Shown: positions 59,235 to 64,000 of the stretch, piece after piece | How the letters are laid out: every line of letters starts with the position of its first letter | Numbering within the stretch: the first letter of the stretch is position 1 | Assembly (NCBI GenBank): GCA_039028615.1 | Contig: JBCCHT010000002.1 | Coordinates: 192,001-256,000, forward strand | Reading direction: 5' to 3' | From: Myxococcota bacterium | GTDB lineage: Bacteria > Myxococcota_A > Polyangia > Nannocystales > Nannocystaceae | Length of the DNA stretch: 64,000 nt | Made by a program: the position numbers and the translations under genes | Notes under the pieces: model-generated | What the model saw: only the letters and a program-made list of their open reading frames with translations | Database searches by the model: none | What the model was told of the DNA's origin: nothing

Positions 59235-60137
59235 CTAGTCGTGCTCGCCCATCACCGACTCCATCCACTGCAGGTCCTTGGCCGACACCCGCTGGAACAG
59301 CAGCGGCCCCGCGGCGCCCGACTCGAAGAAGCCGAGCAACCGACCGTCGACGACCAGCGGGGACCTCCGAGCCGGTCGTGCGTAGTGATATCCGGCGGGG
59401 AGCACGGGCGCCTCGGGATCGAGCTCGGACAGGGCGATGTCGATCGCCGCGAGGTGCTCGTCGCCGTCGTAGAACGTCCCCATGATCTCGGGCCGCGGCT
59501 CGAAGTCCTCGGTGAAGTAGAACGCCTCGGCGGCCTGCCCCTCCAACACGCTGAAGCTACGCGTGGCGACTTCGCCCACCGTGCCTTCGGGGACCTCGGG
59601 CAGCCACTCCACGATCGTTGCCAGCGCCCCCACGAGATCGGCCTCGCTCGCCAGCAACGGGTGGCTCAGCACGGGCTTCACCGCGGCGTCGGCCTCGAGC
59701 GGCTCGTCGAGGTAGATGAGCGCGAGCGAATCCGGTCCAAAGGCGTGGTCCTTGAAGCGCTGGCGATAGGCGGTGCCACGGTGAAGCGCCCCCGAGAACG
59801 GGTCCTCCGAGGTGCGCACGCCGACCTCGTACTCATGGATGGTGTTGTCCCCGTTGGTCTGCCCCACGCAGTGGGCATGGGCCAAGACCCACTGCGGCGA
59901 CAGCAGTGCGGCCCCGCAGCGATAGCGGTAGTTCGCGTCGGGCAGGTTGTCCGCATCAGCCACCAACACCCACGCGAACCAGTCGGTGCCGAGGTCCTCG
60001 ACGCCCGCTCCGCCCCCACGGACGGCCTCGCTCACCGCTCGACCTTGCGGTCCCTCGACGTCGCACGCCGTGGTGGTGATCAACGTCGACGCGGTACCCA
60101 AGACCGCGATGCCCATGGTGAATGCCGATTTCAACAT
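59235..60137 (-). CDS. degenerate trypsin-fold lipoprotein (probable pseudoprotease)
   Basis: CGAALLSPQWVLAHAHCV and DSLALIYL present; GDSGGP replaced by PARRSP. Confidence 0.65.
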   Translation of the reverse strand: MLKSAFTMGIAVLGTASTLITTTACDVEGPQGRAVSEAVRGGGAGVEDLGTDWFAWVLVADADNLPDANYRYRCGAALLSPQWVLAHAHCVGQTNGDNTIHEYEVGVRTSEDPFSGALHRGTAYRQRFKDHAFGPDSLALIYLDEPLEADAAVKPVLSHPLLASEADLVGALATIVEWLPEVPEGTVGEVATRSFSVLEGQAAEAFYFTEDFEPRPEIMGTFYDGDEHLAAIDIALSELDPEAPVLPAGYHYARPARRSPLVVDGRLLGFFESGAAGPLLFQRVSAKDLQWMESVMGEHD

Positions 60138-60324
60138 GCTGCCGCTCCCCCCGATTGGAAAATCGCTCGACTCCACCCATTCCATCTGGAGTCGAGCGCG
60201 GACCAATCCGTCCCAGACGTGAGTGCCCCCGCGCGCCGACAGTTATTCGAACGCGAACAACTTTTTCGGGCCGGGCTCGAAGTGCCAGCACAACGGCCGC
60301 GGAACGGCGATCCAGGCGCGTTCG

Positions 60325-61965
60325 CTACGGGGCGGGAGGCGGAGGCGGCACGTCCCCGGACTCGGGCGGGGGCGGCGGGGCCGACTCGTCGGTGCTCGGG
60401 TCGGTCGGGTCGGCCGCAGGCTCCGACGCCTCCGACTCGTTCGCCTCGTCCTCGACCTCGGGCAGCTCCGACGCCTCGCCCTTCCCGGCACCCGAACCCC
60501 GACGACCGAAGCGGACCTTGGCGTGCACCGCCGCCGCCCCGATGAACAGCTTGTAGGTGCCGTTGCCCAGGTCGAAGTCGGAGTCGGTCACCGTACGCGG
60601 GATGATCCCCTGGAGCCGTACGTCGCCCAGGATGCTGAGTCGATCGTTGATCGCGAACTCGAGCCCCGCGCCCCCGATGAGCCGATGACCATCGGGCGAA
60701 GACATGTCCACGGTGGAGTCGGGCGAGGCCCCGGACTGGTAGCCCAGCGTGCCGGAAACGAGCAGCTTGTCGGTGACCTGACCGCGCACGTTGAGGTCGG
60801 TATGCACCGTGTTCACCCAGTTGCGCACCAGATCTTGGGGGACGCTCTCGCCGATGCCGAGCGCGGGCTGAGCCAGGTCGGGCGAGGTCAGGGTGATGTC
60901 GACGACGTCGAAGTCCGAGTAGAAGACGTAGGACAGCGAGCCGTCGATCTTGACCTTGGGATGGACCTGGTAGCCCGCTCCAGCCGTGATCCGCTTGGGC
61001 AGCGACAGCTCGATCTCCGCATCGCCCCGCACCAGCGGCGGGAACTGGAGCCCCTGCTCGGCGAGGTCTTGGGTGAAGAACTCGTCGTCCATGTCGAGGG
61101 TGAAGTCCCCTCGCAGCCGCAGTCGCGAGCCGTGCTGGTAGACCAGCGCCAGGTCGAGCTTGTCGGTGGGACGCAGGGCCACGCCCGCATTGAAGGACAC
61201 CGAGTGCGAGATCGCGGGGCCGATGTTGGCCTGGCGCGAGAGCAAGTCGAGCTCGCGCACGGTGGAGGGCGCATTGGGCCCGAAGCTGTTGGGCTGGTTG
61301 ATCGGCGATGCCGCCAAACCGTCGCCAAAGGACTGCACGGCGCCGAAATCCTGGACTTTGCTCAGCTCCATCAGCGAAAAGACGTAGCTGACGCCCGCCC
61401 CGATGGAGATGACGTCGTGCAGCTTCAGCCCGGCTGACAGCGTGGTCGAGGCCGAGATCAAGGTGACCGATTGCGCCTGGTAGCGCTGCGCACCATCGTC
61501 GGGCAGCGCGAGGATGGCCGCGTAGGGCACGGACACGCCCGCGCCCAGCGTGAGGCGGTCGTTGACCACCGGGATGGCGACGAACGCATCGAACAGCGGC
61601 CCGGCCGGCGTCGCGCGAACGGGCTGCGCCAGGCCGCTACGGCTGGGGTCGATGTCCGCGGGATCGATGGGATCGGAAAAGTCGAAGTTGTCCGCGTACT
61701 GGTACTGCCCGCGCCGATCTCGTTGGTAGTCGACGACCCCGAAGATCACCCCCAGGCCAACCTCGAGCTCGGTGCGATCGATGTATCCGAGCTGGCCCGG
61801 GTTGTGATGCACCGCGGCGGCATCCCGGGTCACGGGCGAGGACTGCCCCGTACCCACGATGGGGGCATCGAAGCCCGACGCAGCCGCGGATTGAGCCACG
61901 GAGCCCACGGCGAGCATCGCGGCGACGGGCAAGAGGCGACCGAGGATGGCGCTGTCGCAGGTCAC
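60325..61965 (-). CDS. OmpP1/FadL-family outer membrane transporter
   Basis: ASGF N-terminus, DAAAVHHNPGQL, ISIGAG, LPKRITAG, barrel strands. Confidence 0.85.
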   Translation of the reverse strand: MTCDSAILGRLLPVAAMLAVGSVAQSAAASGFDAPIVGTGQSSPVTRDAAAVHHNPGQLGYIDRTELEVGLGVIFGVVDYQRDRRGQYQYADNFDFSDPIDPADIDPSRSGLAQPVRATPAGPLFDAFVAIPVVNDRLTLGAGVSVPYAAILALPDDGAQRYQAQSVTLISASTTLSAGLKLHDVISIGAGVSYVFSLMELSKVQDFGAVQSFGDGLAASPINQPNSFGPNAPSTVRELDLLSRQANIGPAISHSVSFNAGVALRPTDKLDLALVYQHGSRLRLRGDFTLDMDDEFFTQDLAEQGLQFPPLVRGDAEIELSLPKRITAGAGYQVHPKVKIDGSLSYVFYSDFDVVDITLTSPDLAQPALGIGESVPQDLVRNWVNTVHTDLNVRGQVTDKLLVSGTLGYQSGASPDSTVDMSSPDGHRLIGGAGLEFAINDRLSILGDVRLQGIIPRTVTDSDFDLGNGTYKLFIGAAAVHAKVRFGRRGSGAGKGEASELPEVEDEANESEASEPAADPTDPSTDESAPPPPPESGDVPPPPPAP

Positions 61966-61980
61966 GAGCTGACTCGTATA

Positions 61981-63186
61981 TCACGGCCCTGCGGTACCGG
62001 GGTGGGCCGTCCCCGCCCGCGTGCCCCAATAGACGGCAAAGCTGGCGAGCCAATGTCCGCCCGCATAGTGCTCGTCGCTGACCGCGGCCACGGCCGCTCC
62101 GGCGTGGCGATCGGCCGCGGCACGCAGCGAAGCCCGGCGAGGGTCGTTCGGAGGCAACCCCTGCTCGATGCCGTCGAGCATCCACGCCCGACTCGAACTC
62201 AGGCCATCGAGGTGAACCAGCTTGCCATCGCGTCGGTCGGCGGGAACGGCCAGAGGCAGCCAATTCGCGGAGCCATCGGTGGGGATCGTCGGCAATGCCG
62301 CACTGAGCCATCGACCGAATTCCTCGGCGGGGACGATCCGGCGCATGAGATCCGCGGCCCCCAAACATGGGGACAAAAAGTCATGCCCCGAAGGCTCGAG
62401 GTGCAGGGCGCAATCGCGATCGTTGCCGTAGAGGCGCAGCGAGTGTTCCTCGATGATCGCGGCCAGACGCGGATCGCCGCCCTCGCTGCGGGCCCAGTCG
62501 AGCGCCAGGCCGAAGGCGAACCCGGTTTGGCTGTGCTCGCCGCTGCGGATGGGATGGGACAGCTTGGGGATCCACGCGGCCAAGTGTGCCGCCGCCTCGG
62601 CCTCGAGCGGCGCGAGAGCCTGCGACCACGCCTGTGCCTGCGGGTCGTCCCACGCCCGCAGCTCCGCTCCGAGCTGGAGCAACCACGCCAACCCATAGGG
62701 GCGCTCGAACCCCGCCCGATCGGCACGCTGCAGGTAGCTCAGCTCGGTCTGCAAGGAAGCCGCGGTCAGGCTTCGATCCAAGGCTGCCCGCGCATCGGCG
62801 CTGGTCGAGGCGTCGGGGAATAGCCGAGCCGTGCGCGCCAGCAGCCAGTGTCCGTGCACCGCCGAGTGCCAGTCGAAGCATCCGTAAAAGGCCGGGGTCA
62901 GCTCGCGCGGTGACGCCACGTCGTCGGGGCCCGCGAGCACATGGGCAATCTTGTTGGGATAGTCGCGGTGGACACACGAAAGAGCCATGCCCGCGAAGCG
63001 CTCCGCTTGGGCCGAGGACAGGGCGACCTCGGAACGCGGAGCGAGCGGCTCGTCGGCTCCGGCCGGCTGCGCCCCGGCCGGAGCGGGCCGTGACGCCATG
63101 CACCCGCCCCCCGCTGCGCTCATGCCCAAAATCAGCGCTACGACCCATGCGCTGCCCGTGTGGCTTCGTTCGGATTCAGCGTTCAT
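61981..63186 (-). CDS. DUF2891 domain protein
   Basis: PAFYGCFDWHSAVHGHW, FERPYGLAW, HLDGL, YAGGHWLASFA. Confidence 0.92.
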   Translation of the reverse strand: MNAESERSHTGSAWVVALILGMSAAGGGCMASRPAPAGAQPAGADEPLAPRSEVALSSAQAERFAGMALSCVHRDYPNKIAHVLAGPDDVASPRELTPAFYGCFDWHSAVHGHWLLARTARLFPDASTSADARAALDRSLTAASLQTELSYLQRADRAGFERPYGLAWLLQLGAELRAWDDPQAQAWSQALAPLEAEAAAHLAAWIPKLSHPIRSGEHSQTGFAFGLALDWARSEGGDPRLAAIIEEHSLRLYGNDRDCALHLEPSGHDFLSPCLGAADLMRRIVPAEEFGRWLSAALPTIPTDGSANWLPLAVPADRRDGKLVHLDGLSSSRAWMLDGIEQGLPPNDPRRASLRAAADRHAGAAVAAVSDEHYAGGHWLASFAVYWGTRAGTAHPGTAGP

Positions 63187-63264
63187 CCCGGCTCCACCCC
63201 GGACCATAGCGCGCTGAGACCACCGACCGAGCGCGAATGGTCCCGCTCGGTATACTCTGCCGCC

Positions 63265-64000
63265 GTGTCGGTCCTGCGGACCCTGGTTAGCTCTTCGCGA
63301 GCCCTGATCACCGGAGCCAAAGAGGTGGCCCGCTTTCGCGAGATCGCGGGGGTGTTCGTCACGCACGGCTTCGGCTGGGTCTTCGCTCAGCTCAAGCTAC
63401 GTCGCGAGCTCCAGCCCGACCTCGAGGGCTTCGATCGCACGCGGGCGGCCCTGGCCAGTCCCGACACGGGCAAGCGCCTGGTCGCCGCGCTCACCGAGCT
63501 GGGCCCCACCTTCGTCAAGCTGGGGCAGATCCTCTCCACGCGCTCCGACCTGCTGCCCGAGAGCATCTACTCCGAGCTCACCAAGCTCCAGGACGACGTC
63601 GACACCCTGCCCTTTTCCGACGTCGAGTCGCAGCTGGTCAAGACGCTCGGCGAGGACTACCGCAAGCACTTCGCCAGCCTCGACGAGACCCCGCTGGCCT
63701 CGGCCAGCATCGCTCAGGTTCACCGGGCCACGCTCACCGATGGCCAGGAGGTCGTGCTCAAGATCCAGCGGCCGGGGGTCAAGCCCAAGATCGAGAGCGA
63801 TCTGGGCATCCTCTACGCGATCGCGGGCTGGGCCGAGGAGGCCATCGACGAGGCGCGGGCCATGGACCTGCGCGGGGTCATCACCGACTTCACCAAGTCC
63901 ATCTCCCAGGAGATCGACTTCAAGATCGAGGCCCGCAACCTCGAGCGCTTCACTCGCAACTTCGTGGACGTGGAGCACGTGGTGTTCCCCAAGGTCTTCG
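63265..64000 (+). CDS. AarF/UbiB (ABC1) family atypical kinase (partial, runs off window end)
   Basis: Manual translation from GTG 63265: ELGPTFVKLGQILSTRSDLLP, PLASASIAQVHRA, VVLKIQRP, EIDFKIEA. Confidence 0.92.
   Translation, partial: MSVLRTLVSSSRALITGAKEVARFREIAGVFVTHGFGWVFAQLKLRRELQPDLEGFDRTRAALASPDTGKRLVAALTELGPTFVKLGQILSTRSDLLPESIYSELTKLQDDVDTLPFSDVESQLVKTLGEDYRKHFASLDETPLASASIAQVHRATLTDGQEVVLKIQRPGVKPKIESDLGILYAIAGWAEEAIDEARAMDLRGVITDFTKSISQEIDFKIEARNLERFTRNFVDVEHVVFPKVF

Overview
GC-rich myxobacterial chromosome segment, most like Nannocystaceae (inferred from MYXO-CTERM tails, ADYC and DUF1552/DUF1592 proteins, Cys-rich repeat lipoproteins, Ser/Thr kinases and ECF sigma factors). 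It holds about 55 genes, mostly secreted or lipoproteins, hydrolases, transporters and signalling proteins. No tRNA, rRNA, transposase, integrase or CRISPR array was seen. Main points of interest: (1) an orphan I-MYXAN-like cas6 (41107-41733) with an upstream palindrome, followed by a ~170-nt rod-shaped putative ncRNA and a strong terminator; (2) an AhpD/CMD-family selenoprotein (CGY-UGA, CxxU) with a SECIS-like hairpin, split into two ORFs in the track (37213-37767); (3) a 1668-bp integrase-less insert bounded by an exact 53-bp direct repeat (34281-36054); (4) a His-rich protein ending in an RGPP arrest-like motif in a TonB-dependent receptor locus; (5) a deleted polymorphic-toxin locus that retains its SMI1/KNR4 immunity gene; (6) a cytochrome b5-fused front-end desaturase; (7) a CxxCH-containing putative anti-sigma factor. 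Family calls come from motif recognition by eye, not database searches, and many start codons are estimates.
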